Below the pieces are notes generated by a model, which saw only the letters and a program-made list of their open reading frames with translations, was not told where the DNA came from and did no database searches. The position numbers and the translations under genes are program-made. This document shows, piece by piece, positions 23,289 to 36,941 of a stretch of DNA of 64,000 nucleotides. Each line of letters begins with the position of its first letter. Positions within the stretch are counted from its first letter, which is position 1. The stretch comes from Squalus acanthias. Its lineage: Eukaryota. The stretch is from the NCBI GenBank assembly GCA_030390025.1, contig CM059433.1, forward strand, positions 27,468,001 through 27,532,000. Direction: 5' to 3'.

Positions 23289-23415
23289 TGCAGCGATGGT
23301 AAAGTGGGATAGATAAATTTGTGTAATTTGTTTTCTGAATTGTTGGACTTTTTTTATTTATTGTGGTAAGTTTTATTTTAAGGGGAATATAGTGGGGTGG
23401 GTGGGGAGCAGTCAT

Positions 23416-25570
23416 GGGGAGTTAAATTGGCTAAATGGGCATGGGGATTGCAGTACATGATTAACCCGCGCCCGTTCATTGCGTTGCAGGCAGCATGTTA
23501 AATTGGTGATGCCTGCTGTTTTAAATGATTTCTGCATGCAGCCAGCGCAATTCATTGGCTACATGCAAGAGCTGGGGGCCCGATATTGCGAATGGGTAGT
23601 GAGTGCTACTTAAAGGCAGCTTATACCTCTTATTGGGGAGGTGCATTGTGACTGCAACAAGTGGTGGGAGTTTTTTGAAAAATGAATCTGAGGAACAGCT
23701 GAACATGTGAGAGAGCGTGCACCAAGGTTTTCTGACAATGCACAGGAGGTCTTGGTGCAAGAGGTGGAAGGAAGGAGAGACATCCTGTATCTGCAGGGGG
23801 GATGCAGGAGGCCCTCCACACATATGCTGAGGAGGCAGTGGGAAGAAGTAGCAGTGGAGGAGCGTTGCTCCAAGAGTATAGATGCAGTGCAGGAAGAAGT
23901 TTAGCACTCTGAACATGTTGTCAAGGTGAGTGAGTTCATCTTCAAATAGCATATCCTACCAACTGCAACACCAGCCTCATCTACTGCTCAATTCTCTATA
24001 CCCCCATCACCCACCTACCAATAATCTATATTAATCAGCACTCAACCCTTCAATTCATATGCTTTACCTCACCCTCACACACTTAGCACAGTTGCAAGCC
24101 TCACACCCACAACTCACAGCTCGCACACACTGGCAGCTATTCAACAATGACAGCTACATCACCCAAACATATTGCAGGACAGTCACTGACACACTTCCCT
24201 CTTTCTTGTAGGAGAAGGTGGCACGTAACAGGAGGCAGCAGGAAAGAACTGGAGGAGGACAAGCGCGCCTGCATGTTTTAACCACCATGGAGGAGACAGT
24301 GCTGGCCATCATGGGAAGGGGCATCAGTGAGGTCATGGCCACTGGTGGGGCTGGAGGGATCGATGATGAGGGTATCTGCAAACCTAATCCTCCTTCTCTC
24401 CTACTTCTCCCTCATCCCACATTCTCTTCTGACTCACAAGCTGCAGATGGTGTAAGCATGCAGTTCTTACTTTCTCCTCTCCCCTCACCACAATTCAATC
24501 CTTGTCCCTTTTTCATTTCAGATACCCAAGAACTGGAACTTTCTCAGTCAGAGGATGAAGAGGAAAAGATAATAAAGATGAAGAGACACCATCACTCGAT
24601 CTTACACTTACAGCCACCAGCTCAGAGACTGACACTGTGCGTATTTCAGAGGATAGGATAGAGGAAGGATCTGCATGTGGTGAGATACTGGCACAAGTGC
24701 GCAGGAGCCAGGGTAGGGGGAAAGGATAGTGCAGGTGCAAGCTCGCCAAGGGTGAGGTTGAGGTCGCACACTAGTTCTGCTGCAGTGGGGTCAGCTGAGG
24801 ACTTTGATGGGCCAGGCTACAGAAGAAGGCTGATGGGTGTACATACCCAAATGCTTGGTGCACTGGAAAGCCTGCCAGAAAGCCTTCACACAATGTAAAG
24901 GAGCATGGAGGAGTCCAGCACCAACTTGGCACAGGGCTTTGTGCAGACTTTGGAGCCCATTCATTCCAACATGGAACAGGTGGTCACCTCCATCAGCATA
25001 CCTGTGGAACCCACCCTGATGCAACATATGATGGCCGATGTCTCAGCTTCCATTGCAGCACAAACAACTTCCATCAAAGGTCTGAGTGCTGCAGTGGAAG
25101 CTCAGACTGCTGCCTTGCAAGTTCAGACTGCTACCATCGTGGCTCTGAATACTAGTGTTCAAAGGCGCTTCCAGGGTGTCACAGCAGTCCATCAGTCTGG
25201 CGGATATGGCCTCCTGCTGAGAGCCTTCTCCCCCTCCTCTTCCCTCTTCTACCAGCTTGTCCTGCTCTGCGTGGCCTCTCTTCATTCTTTCAGTCATGCT
25301 CAATTACCAGAGCAAACCCTAAAAGGCCTTGTTTCAGCACAAGCTTTTAAATGAACAAAAAAGTACTTCAGCACCAGCCAGATCACTGTAGACTATTCAA
25401 AATTTGGCCAAGTATAGGAAAGCTCCAAAAACACGTACAATTGCACCAGCAGCCAGAAGAAATAATCCAGCAACTAACCTATATCTACTTTATGATGCCT
25501 TCAAATAACGCTGCTGGAGTGTGGAGTTCAAAAATGGCAGCGCTGGCGTCAAGTCAGTGCTGTGATATGG
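23416..25570. mobile_element. Harbinger H5, internally deleted relative of H2
   Basis: Myb gene on + (RERAPRFSDNAQEVLVQEV, about 23705-25198) joined directly to the 5' part of the transposase on - (25199 onward, matching 13615-14060). Confidence 0.85.
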
Positions 25571-27550
25571 TGCAGTAATAGGTGGGTTTCTGAGTTTGGA
25601 AGTGTGGATTTAAGGCAGTTGTTGGGTTACAGTACTAATTACTAAAGCTGTCCCTTCCACCATTCTGTGATTTCCATTCTAAAGAGATCAGCCACGTTTT
25701 CCTCTACTATGATGTGATCTCCCTCCCACATTTTAATTTCAATTGTAGGATTCTGTCTCCTAAAAAGTATTTTGCATTGGGATTTCTATCTCTGTATCTC
25801 GCCTTGGGACATTTTGCTGCGTTAAAGACGCTATATAAATGCATGTTGTTGTTGTTGTTGTATTAATGCATTATTTTTGGCTATTTCTGCCCAGGCCATT
25901 TGATACTCACAATTTTGCAGATCCTTCAGAAGACTAACCTAGGACTCTTTGCAGATTCGACCGTGCAGCACCCATTTTTCGGGCGCAATCAGATTTCTAG
26001 GCCATGGTTTCTTAGCAACCATTTTCAATATCATATTCCAGGGTATTAACATTAATACCACAAGAATCATCTGCAAAGGTTAACTGAGTCCCGGGTGCAT
26101 GCCTAAAACAGGCATTAGCCCTCTTAAATATGTTAATGAGGTGCCTAACAACTGTTCAAGGACCCCTGTACAAAATTTGTTCCCAACTAGCGGGGCAGGC
26201 ACCGGGCTGCCCAAATCAAGATTATTCAGCAGCCCCCGTGGTGGTCGGCAACTAAAGGTGTATTTTTAATAAAGCCTTTCTGTGGAAGAGGAGCCTTAGA
26301 ATCCCCTTTATCTAAGGAAATTAAAATTTTACACCATGAGACCATCATTTATGCACATTAAGCACGGCATGTTGAAGAAAATGCAATTGTGAAATCTTTT
26401 CAATTTTTACTGTAACTAACTATGCTGCAATAAAATGCATTCAAAGATACAGAAAATACAATGCAGGTCTCAGTGAAGAGAAATTTTTTTAAATCGCTTA
26501 AAACATCACAATAAAACACCAGAAATATGTCTTTGGGTCCTGCTGCGTTTAAAATTTTGAGTGTATATTTACATCCACTCAAAACAGGCAGAAATGCGGG
26601 AAACTCACAGTCTCTGGTCATTTGAATGGGGTGGGGCTATGTTAATAAGCAGAAGCGGCATAGGTTTCCTGAGTCGATGCCAAAAAATCGAAAAAATTTC
26701 AGCGCATAAATCACTTACACCTGAATTGCTTTAATCTTTTACGCTGAAAGATGGTGTAACTTTGTACTTGCACACCTAACTTCCTAGGAAATTCCAGGCC
26801 TTTCTCCAGATTCTGAATTAAAAACATTAGGCAAAATCCATCCAAAAAATTAATACAGGCAAAATCTATACAAAAAAATCTAATGAAGAAACCCTGGTCT
26901 AAAAATTGGATAAGGCCTGAAAACGGGCTCGGGCATCGCGATGCGTGACTACCTCGTGCCTGTTCCTTCCGATGCAAGCAGCACGCAAACTTTATGCTGC
27001 CTGCTAATTTAAATGACAGCAGCAAGCAGCCCAGCGCTAAATGCACTTTTGAGTGGCTGCACGCCTCAGCAGGAGCCCACGTTCGTGCCAGGCTAGCACC
27101 AATTAAAGCTAGCCCGCACTTCTTAAAGCCAGTCTGCACCTCTTAAAGGGGAGGTACATTCTAGCTGCAGCAGGGACTGGAAGTCATTGTAGAGGCATGT
27201 GTGACCTACAAGATGAGTAAAGATGGCACAACATGGCAGAGAGAGGCTCCCAGATTGTCTGATGCAGCACTTGAGGCCCTGATGCAGGAGGTGAAGAGGA
27301 GGAAAGGTATCCTCTATCCACAGGGGGCCAGGAAGCCCTCCAGACACATGCAGAGAAGGGAATGGGAACAGATAGCCACAGCTGTCATTGCAAGCAGTGT
27401 AGCCCCGAGGACCTGGATGCAGTGCAGAAATAAGTTTAATCACCTCACACGAGTGGTCAAGGTCAGTGAGTGCATCTTCAAATGCCATATTCCACCATCT
27501 GCACTACGAGCCTCACACACAGCTCAATGCACCACAACATATTTTTTGCA

Positions 27551-28029
27551 GTGTCAGCTGTGGCTCAGTGGGTAGCTCCCCCACCTCTGAGTCAGAAGGT
27601 CGTGGTTCACAGTCTCACTCCAGAGACTTGAGTGCAAAAATCCAGGCTGACACTCCAGTGCAGTACTGAGGGAGGTGCACTGTCGGAGATGCCGTCTTTC
27701 GGATGAGACGTTAAACCAAGGTCCTTTCTGCTCTCATAGGTGGACGTAAAAGATCCCATGGCACTACTTTGAAGAAGAGCAGGGGAGTTATCCCTAGTGT
27801 CCTGACCAATATTTATCCCTCAATCAACATCACAAAAAAACAGATTATCTGGTCATTATCACATTGCTGTTTGTGGGAGTTTGCTGTGTGCATTTTGGCT
27901 GCTGCATTTCCTACATTACAACAGTGACTACACTTTTAAAAAAAGTACTTAATTGGCTGTAAAGTGCTTTGGGATGTCCGGTGGTCGTGAAAAGCACTAT
28001 ATAAATGCAAGTCTTTCTTTCTTTTTTTT
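27551..28029 (+). mobile_element. tRNA-derived Deu-domain SINE (SacSINE1-like), in intron 1 of the H6 Myb gene
   Basis: Head GTCAGCTGTGGCTCAGTGGGTAGC, Deu-like core, tail AAGCACTATATAAATGCAAGTCTTTC; homologous to 10985-11441. Confidence 0.85.
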
Positions 28030-29925
28030 CACTCCCATCACTCAACTACCAACAATCTCTTATCAAACACAACTCATGCCTCACATTTATAGCTTCACCT
28101 CACCCTCACACACTTACCACTGCTGCAAGCCTCACACCCACATCTCACAGCCTGCACACACTGCCACCTATTCTTCCATGACAGGCACTTCACCCAAATA
28201 CATTGCACCACACTCATTGACACACTTCCCTTTCTCTTGCAGGACAAGCTGGCTCATAACCAGAGGCAGCAGGACCCAACCGGCGGGGGGCAGGCACGCC
28301 TGCATAACCTAACCCTCGTGGAGCATATGATGCTGGAGATAATTGGAGTGGCCGTTGCTGAGCCCGTGGCCAGCGATGGGGCTGAAACAATCTAAGATGA
28401 TGGTATCCTCATACCTAATCCTCTTTCTCACATCCCACTTACCCTGCATCTCACAATCTCTTCTGATTTACAAGCAGCCGATGGTGTAAGCATGCACCAC
28501 TTGCTTCCCCGCCCGCCCCCCTCCCCTCACTGCAACCCTACACTTGTGCCTTTCTCCTTTCAGATAGCCAAGAACTGCAACCTGGCCAAGCAGTGGTGGA
28601 GGAGCAGGAAGTGCAAGAGGGAGAAGGAAGTGATGCAGAAGACGCAGCATCACTTGATTTCACACTCGCAGCCACTATCCACTTAGGAGGATAGGTTAGA
28701 TTTGGGATCTACACGTGGTAAGACACCAGGCACGAGTGGTCTGCAGCCAGGGCAGGAGCAAGGGTAGCGCAGGTGCCAGCACCCCGGAGGGCAAGATCAC
28801 ACATGAGTTCTACTGCACAGGATTCAGATGAGGACTTCGATGGGGCAGCCGACAGAAGAAGGCTGATGGATATCCACAATGAAATGCTTGGTGCATTGGC
28901 AGGCCTGCCAGAAAGCCTGAGTACAATGTTAAGGAGCATGGAGGATTCTGGCACCAACCTTGCACAGGGCTTTACACAAAGCTTGGAGCCCATCCTTTCC
29001 AGCGTGGAAGTGATGGGCAATTCCATTAGCACACTTGCAGAAGCCACCCAACATCAGAAGCATAAGCCACCCAACATCTGAGCACTGCAGTGGAAGCTCA
29101 GACTGAAGTCATGTAAGCTCAGCTTGTTGCCATGCAAGCACAGACTGCTGCCATCATAGCTGTGGTTACCAGTGTTGAAAGGGGTTTGCAGGGTGTCACA
29201 GCAGTCCAGCAATCTGTCCTCCAACAGATTACTAGGATTGCAGTGGTCCTCGCTCAAGATGACAGCATTTGTCCTCCTGCCAGTGCCCTTGCTGTTGCCT
29301 GTCAGCCAGCCAGCCCAGACTGCTGCCACACATACCAAGGTGGTGCAGTCTAAAGCCAGGCCTTCTAGGCCCAGAGCTGTTCGAGGTCATCCTGCAAGGA
29401 CATTTGCAATCTCTCCCACTGAAAGTCAGCAGCCTTCCACCAGACATGGTGCAGCTACTGGGGTAGCACTGCATAGGGGCACTAGGACAGGCAAAGGCAC
29501 ACTGAAGACAGGCACTAAGGGAATGCACAAGCGTGATTAGTTGACTTGGTTATGTAATATTGGATGGATTGATGTATAAAGTTGGTTTGAAATGTATGTT
29601 TAGTGGTGGCTTTTATTGTAGCATTGTGGCCAACAGGATGCAGGGATGGTCCATAACAGAGGGAAGGTAAGGTGTGGGACTGTGGGTGAATGGGAATTTG
29701 GGGTTACATTCACTGGTACCACAGTCGGATCAGTTGATCACTGGCAGCCCGGCAAGAAAGGGCTGTGCTGGTTACTTCCTTCCTTCCTCATCCTCCTCCT
29801 CATCCTCTTCCTGCTCCTCAGCTGGTCGGCATAGAGCTGGTGGAAAGGGATGTGCCCTCATGATGGTGAGGTTGTGCAGCATGCAGCAGACCACGACAAA
29901 TCTTGAGACACTCCCTGCTCTAAGC

Positions 29926-30380
29926 ACATAAGAACATAAGAATTAGGAGCTGGAGTAGGCCATATGTCCCCTTAAGCTTGCACTGCCATTCAATAAGATC
30001 ATCGCTGATCTTCGACATCAACACCACTTTCCCGCCCGATCCCCATATCCCTTGATTCCCCTTGAGTCCAAAAATCTATCTATCTCAGCCTTGAATATAC
30101 TCAACGACTTAGCATCCACAGCCCTTTGGGGCAGAGAATTCCAAAGATTCACAACCCTCTGAGTGAAGAAATTCCTCCTCATCTCAGTCTTAAAAGGCCG
30201 ACCCCTTATCCTGAGTCTATGCCCCCTAGTTCTAGACTCTCCAGCTGAGGGAAACAATCTCTCAGCATCTATCCTGTCAATCCCCCTCAGAATCTTATAT
30301 GTTTCAATGAGATCACCTCTCCAGAGAGTATAGGCCCGATCTACTCAATTGCTCCTCATAGGACAACCCTCTCATCCCAT
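29926..30380 (-). mobile_element. CR1 3' fragment
   Basis: (CATAAGAA)n tail; ESRTRGHRLRIRGRPFKTEMRRNFFTQRVVNLWNSLP. Confidence 0.9.
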
Positions 30381-31732
30381 CTGAGGCTGCAGGTCTGCCT
30401 GCAACAGGTGGCAGATTTCAGTGAGCACCTCCTTCGTGAAGCAGAGACATTGCATGCACTGTTCCTCGCTGAGGTTGAGGTAGGAAAATTGCTCCCTGAA
30501 GACCCTGAGTGGATATAGCTTCCTTCTGGGAGCCCTTCTTCCTCCTCCCTATTCGTGCAGCTTGTCCCCCTCTGTGTCGCCCCTGCTCATTCTCCCTGTC
30601 ATGCTGCAGGCCATGTCTGGGAGCAACTGGTCTGAGCAGAAGCCTTGAAGTAACCTGCCACACCACTTTCTTGAGACTTCAGCAACTTCAAATAAGACAC
30701 CAAACCAAGAAACGCCTCTACAAACTCACCAAGAGCCAGTAGAAATCAATCAGAAATTAAGCTGAAAGCAGGTGATGATCTCTTTAAATAGCACGGGTGG
30801 GGGGGTCTTTCCTTCTGCTGAACACATCCCTGCGTGTTGGCTACAGAGTTGAGGTCGAAAATGTTACACGCTGACTGACGTCACGATCTGCGTATTCTGC
30901 ATAGGTCCCAGCGCCCATGCTAGCGCCCTCACCAAAATGGTGTCCTGCAGCATTTTGGGCACAAGATGGCACTAGTAGTGCCAAAAAAAGGGTGCGATGG
31001 AGCCGAATTTCACGGCCCCTGTCTCCTTAATATTTACTTTCCTTGAACACTTGATCCAAATTGGAAGAATATGTCTACCCAAAGATGGGAATATTCAATG
31101 GGGACACTAAAAGCCCCTTATTTACATATAGGATGGATGCTAAATTTAGCTCCCAATAATTGAGTATTACTGCCAGCAGAATTTAATTTGGGTCTCTCCT
31201 CTTGTGTTATTTTCCACTCTTATACTGTAAGGAAAAGACTTCAGTGATTTCTGTTGCTTTTTGCTTAGAAGTGTTAAGGGCTGGTTCTACTTATCCTTGA
31301 CTCTGATGCAAAGCTAAATGTCGAGCTTGAGAGTAGGTGGTGACTATACCTAACTTCCCACAATTTGCCAAAGAAACAATCAACCATTTGGCAGGGAGTG
31401 GAAACTGGTGTGCATGTGCAACGATTTCCAATATATTCATCTTTTAGCATGTGTATTTTTAAATACTCTACAAATTTTTCAAGGCAAGTTGAGAACAATC
31501 AAAAGAACATTCTATGGGCTGCCAACTAATGGGAAGGATATAGAGAAGCAGATTTGCAGGGAAATTACAGAAAGGTGCAAGAACTATAGAGTAGTAATAA
31601 TGGGGGACTTCAACTATCCTAATATAGACTGGGATAGTAATAGTGTAAGGGACAGAGAGGGGGAAGAATTTCTGAAGTGTGTTCAGGAGAACTTTCTTGA
31701 TCAGTACATTTCCGGCCCAACGAGGAAAGAGG

Positions 31733-34176
31733 AATTTTTATTTTTAATTTAAAATTCTTTTATGGGATGTGGGCGTTGCTGGCAAGGCCAGCATTTATTG
31801 CCCATCCCTAATTGCCCTTGAGAAGGTGGTGGTGAGCCATCTTCTTGAACTGCTGCAGTCCGTGTGGTGAAGGTACTCCCACAGTGCTGTTAGGTAGGGA
31901 ACTCCAGGATTTTGACCCAGCGACAATGAAGGATCGGCGATATACTTCTAAGTCAGGATGGTGTGTGACTTGGAGGGGAACTTGGAGGTGGTGGTGTTCC
32001 CATGCGCCTGCTGCCCTTGACCTTCTAGGTGGCAGAGGTCGCGGGTTTGGGAGATGCTGCCGAAGAAGCCTTGGCGAGTTGCTGCAGTGCATCTTGTAGA
32101 TGGTATACACTGCAGCCACGGTACGCCGGTGGTGGAGGGAGTGAATGTTTAAGGTGGTGATGGGGTGCCAATCAAGCGGGCTGCTTGGTCCTGGATGGTG
32201 TCGAGCTTCTTGAGTGTTGTTGGAGCTGCACTCATTCAGGCAAGTGGAGAGTATTCCATCACACTCCTTACTTGTGCCTTGTAGATGGTGGAAAGACTTT
32301 GGGGAGTCAGCAGGTGAGACACTCGCCACAGAATACCTAGCCTCTGACCTGTTCTTGTTGCCACAGTATTTATGTGGCTGGTCCAGTTAAGTTTCTGGTC
32401 AATGGTGACCCCCAGGATGTTGATGGTGGGGGATTCGGCGATGGTAATGCCGTTGAATGTCAAGGGGCGGTGGTTAGACTCTTGCTTGTTGGAGATAATC
32501 ATTGCCTGGTACTTCTGTGGCGCGACTGTTACGTAACACTTATCAGCCCAAGCCTGAACGTCATCCAGGTCTTGTTGCATGTGGGCATGGAATGCCTCAT
32601 TATCTGAGGAGTTGTGAATGGCACTGAACACTGTGCAGTCATCAGCGAACATCCCCATTTCTGACCTTATGTTGGAGGGAAGGTCATTGATGAAGCAGCT
32701 GAAGTTGGTTGGGCCTAGGCCACTGCCCTGAGGACCTCCTGCAGCGATGTCCTGGGGTTGTGACCATTGACCTTCAACCACCACAACCATCTTCCTTTGT
32801 GCTAGGTATGACTCCATGCCGGTGGAGGGTTTTCCCCCCGAAACTTCAGTTTTACTAGGGCTCCTTGATGCCACACTCAGTCAAATGCTGCCTTGATATC
32901 TAGGGCAGTCACTCTCACCTCACCTCTGGAATTCAGCTCCTTTGTCCATGTTAGGACCAAGGCTGTAATGAGGTCGGGAGCTGAGTGGTCTTGGCGGAAC
33001 CCAAACTGGGCATCAATGAGCAGGTTATTGGTGAGTAAGTGCCGCTTGATAGCACTGTCGATGACACCTTCCATCACTTTGCTGATGATTGAGAGTAGAC
33101 TGATGGGGCGGTAATTGGCCAGATTGGATTTGTCCTGCTTTTTGTGGACAGGACATACCTGGGCAGTTTTCCACATTGTTGGATAGATGCCAGTGTTGTA
33201 GTTGTGCTGGAACAGTTTGGTTAGAGGCATGGCATACCCGGGATGTTGTCGGGGCCCATAGCCTTTGTTGTATCCAGTGCGCCATTTCTTGATATCACAT
33301 GGAGTGTATTGAATTGGCTGAAGACTGGCTCCTGTGATGGTGGGGACCTCAGGAGGAGGCCAATATGGATCATCCACTCAGCACTTCTGGCTGAAGATGA
33401 TTGCAAACGCTTCAGCCTTGTCTTTTGCACTCGCATGCTGGGCTCCACCATCATTGAGGATGGGGATATTCCTGGAGCCTCCTCCTCCGTTAGTTGTTTA
33501 ATGGTCCACCACTATTCATGACTGGATGTGGCAGGCTGATCCATTGTTTGTGGGATCGCTTAGCCCTGTCTATAGCATGCTGCTTCCGCTTTTTAGCATG
33601 CATGTAGTCCTGTGTTGCAGCTTCCCCAGGTTGGCACCTCATTTTTAGGTACGCCTGGTGCTGCTCCTGGCATGCTCTTCTACATTCCGTATTGAACCAG
33701 GGTTGGTCCCCTGGCTTGATGGTAATGGTAGAGTGAGGGATATGCCAGGCCATGAGCTTACAGATTGTGGTGGAATACAATTCTGCTGCTGCTGATGGCC
33801 CACAGCGCCTCGTGGATGCCCAGTTTTGAGCTGCTAGATCTATTCTGAATCTATCCCATTTAGCACGGTGGTAGTGCCACACAACATGATGGAGGGTGTT
33901 CTCAGTGTGAAGACGGGACTTCGTCTCCACAATGACTGTGCGGTGGTTACTGCTACCAATACTGTCATGGACAGATGCATCTGCGACAGGTAGATTGGTG
34001 AGGACGAGGTCAAGTAGGTTTTTCCCTCGTGTTGGTTCTGTCACCACCTGTCACAGGCCCAGACTGGCAGCTATGTCATTCAGGACTCAGCCAGCTTGGT
34101 CGGTAGTGGTGCTACCGAGTCACTCTTGGTGATGGACATTGAAGTACCCCACCCAGAGTATATTCTGTGTCCTTGC
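31733..34176 (-). mobile_element. Second APE-RT LINE family (CR1/L2 group), 5'-truncated, degenerate
   Basis: EPTRGKNLLDLVLTN, NYRPISLLSIISKVME, QFGFR, LDIKAAFD, MFADD, QVRSVMEY; homologous to 40343-43461. Confidence 0.85.
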
Positions 34177-35933
34177 TGGATTTGGTCTGGGGAATGTGGT
34201 GGAGTAGAGCAAGTGTTAGTCGGGGAACATTTAGGGAACAGTGATCACAGTATCATAAGATAGTTTAGATTAGCTCAAGAAAAGGACAAGGAGCAATCTA
34301 GAGTAAAAATACTTAATTGGAGGAAGGCAAATTGCAGTGGGTTGAGAATGGATCTGGCCCGGGTAAATTGGAATCAAAGATTGGCAGGCAAAACTGTAAT
34401 CGAACAATGGGCTGCCTTTAAAGAGGAGATGGTTCGGGTACAGTCGAGGTACATTCCCATGAGGGGGAAAGATAGGGCAACCAAAGCCAGAGCTCCCTGG
34501 ATGATGAAAGAGATAGAGAGTAAGATGAAGCAGAAAAAGTGGGCTTATGATAGATTTCAGTTAGGTAATACAAGTGAGAACCAGGCTGAATATAGAAAGT
34601 TCAGTGGGGAAGTGAAAAAGGAAATAAGAGGGGCAAAGAGAGAGTATGAGAATGGCAGCTAACATAAAAGGGAATCCAAAAGTCTTCTATAGGCATATAA
34701 ATAGTAAACGGGTAATATGAGGAGGGGTGGGGCTGAATATGGACCAAAATGGAGACCTACATATGGAGGCAGAGTGCATGGCTGCGGTATGAAATGAGTA
34801 CTTTGCATCTGCCTATACCAAGGAAGAAGATGCTGCCAAAGTCATAGTGAAAGAGGAGGTAGTTGAGATACTGGCTGGGATAAAAATTGATAAGGAGGAG
34901 GTACTAGAAAGGCTGGCTGTACCTAAAGTAGATAAGTCACCAGGACTGGATGGGATGCACCCTAAGATGCTGAGGGAAGTAAAGGTGGAAATTGCGGCGG
35001 TATTGGCCATAATCTTCCAATCCTCCTTGGATACGGGACTGGTCCCAGAGGACTAGAGAATTGCAAATGTTACACCCTTGTTCAAAAAAGGGTGTAAGGA
35101 TAAACCCAGCAACTACAGGCCAGTCAGTTTAACCTCGGTAGTGGGGAAGCTTTTAGAAACGATAATCCGGGACAAAATTAACAGTCAATTGGATTAATTA
35201 AGGAAAGCCAGCACGGATTTGTTAAAGGCAAATCGTGTTTAACTAACTTCATTGAGTTTTATGATGAGGTAACAGAGAGGGTTGATGAGGGCAATGCGGT
35301 TGATGTGGTGTACCTGGACTTCCAAAAGGCGTTTGATAAAGTGCTACATAATATGCTTCCCAGCAAAGTTGAAGCCCGTGGAATAAAAGGGACAGTGGCA
35401 GCATAGATACAATATTGGCTAAGTAACAGGGAACAGAGAGTAGTGGTGAACGGTCGTTTTTTGGGCTGAAGGAAGGTATACAGTGGTGTTCCTCAGGGGT
35501 CGGTACTAGGACCACTGCTTTTCTTGATATATATTAATGGCTTAGACTTGGGTGTACAGGGCACAATTTCAAAATTTGCAGATGACACAAAACTTGGAAT
35601 TATAGTGAACAGTGAGGAGGATAGTGATAGACTTTAAGAAGACATAGACAGGCCAGTGGAGTGGGCAGCCACGTGGCAGATGAAATTTAATGCAGAAAAG
35701 TACGAAGTGATACATTTTGGTAGGAAGAACGAGGAGAGACAATATAAAGTGAAGGGTACAATTCTAAAGGGGGTGCATGAACAGAGAGACCTGGGGGTAT
35801 ATGTGCACAAATCGTTGAAGGTGGCAGGACAGGTTGAGAAAGCGGTTAAAAAAGCATAAGGGATCCTGGGCTTCATAAATAGAATTGAGAGGTCGCACAA
35901 CACCAGGTTATAGTCCAACAGTTTTATTTGAAA

Positions 35934-35975
35934 TCACAAGCTTTCGGAGCTATCGATTGCTCCTTCCTCAGGTGA
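35934..35975 (-). ncRNA. Minimal hammerhead ribozyme motif (inverted copy)
   Basis: Exact reverse complement of 36900-36941. Confidence 0.72.
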
Positions 35976-36899
35976 AGTAAATTAGATACAGAATCGCCAA
36001 AGCATATATAGATAGAAAACAAAGCATGTGTACTTTACAATTGCAGACCAATAAATTAAATCATCCTGACTATCTGCCGAGGTGTGATAAAGTTAATTAA
36101 GTCAGCCAGGAAGGTACCACATCAAAGACATAGCAAGATACAACTGAGACAATGAGGTGTAGTCGCAGGGGTTCTAACGTGTCAAAAGCTGCCGTCTGTA
36201 TGTAAAACGAAAAGCTTTAAAAAAAATTTACTTTTTTACTGGGAAAATTTTTACTTTTTTACTGGGAATCACATCTGTGAACAAGCTAATGACGACTCGA
36301 GTCCGGATCACGTCATGTATCGTGACATAAACCCAAGATCCCGAGCACCGCGCAACAATCGCCAGGCAGAATTGTTACCTCCCAGTCGGGGAACACTTCA
36401 GCAGTCAAGGACATTCAGCCTCGGATCTGCGGGTAAGCGTTCTCCAAGGCAACCTTAGAAACACACGACAACGCAAAATCATCGAGCAGAAACTGATAGC
36501 CAAGTTCCGCACTCATGAAGACGGTCTCAATCGGGATCTTGGGTTTATGTCATGATACATGACGTGATCCGGACTCGAGTCGTCGTTAGCTTGTTCACAG
36601 ATGTGATTCCCAGTAAAAAAGTAAAAATTTTCCCAGTAAAAAAGTAAATTTTTTTTAAAGCTTTTCGTTTTACATACAGACGGCAGCTTTTGACACGTTA
36701 GAACCCCTGCGACTACACCTCATTGTCTCAGTTGTATCTTGCTATGTCTTTGATGTGGTACCTTCCTGGCTGACTTAATTAACTTTATCACACCTCGGCA
36801 GATAGTCAGGATGATTTAATTTATTGGTCTGCAATTGTAAAGTACACATGCTTTGTTTTCTATCTATATATGCTTTGGCGATTCTGTATCTAATTTACT

Positions 36900-36941
36900 T
36901 CACCTGAGGAAGGAGCAATCGATAGCTCCGAAAGCTTGTGA
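36900..36941 (+). ncRNA. Minimal hammerhead ribozyme motif
   Basis: TCAC-CTGAGGA-A-GGAGC-AATCGATA-GCTCC-GAAA-GCTT-GTGA. Confidence 0.75.

Larger units (their letters stand above)
26896..31017. mobile_element. Harbinger H6, degenerate, with SINE and CR1 insertions
   Basis: Ends GGTCTAAAAATTGG and (rc) GGCCGTGAAATTCG with a CCT duplication (26893-26895, 31018-31020). Myb gene on + (REAPRLSDAALEALMQEV...QCRNKFNHL, 27214-29540); transposase remnants on - (29707-29915, 30381-30620). Confidence 0.85.

Noticed and set aside
31274..31498. Possible host exon or structured RNA (TGCCAAA...TTTGGCA stem at about 31366-31393)
   Set aside because: No recognisable protein motif or convincing splice pair, and the 7-bp stem is within chance expectation.
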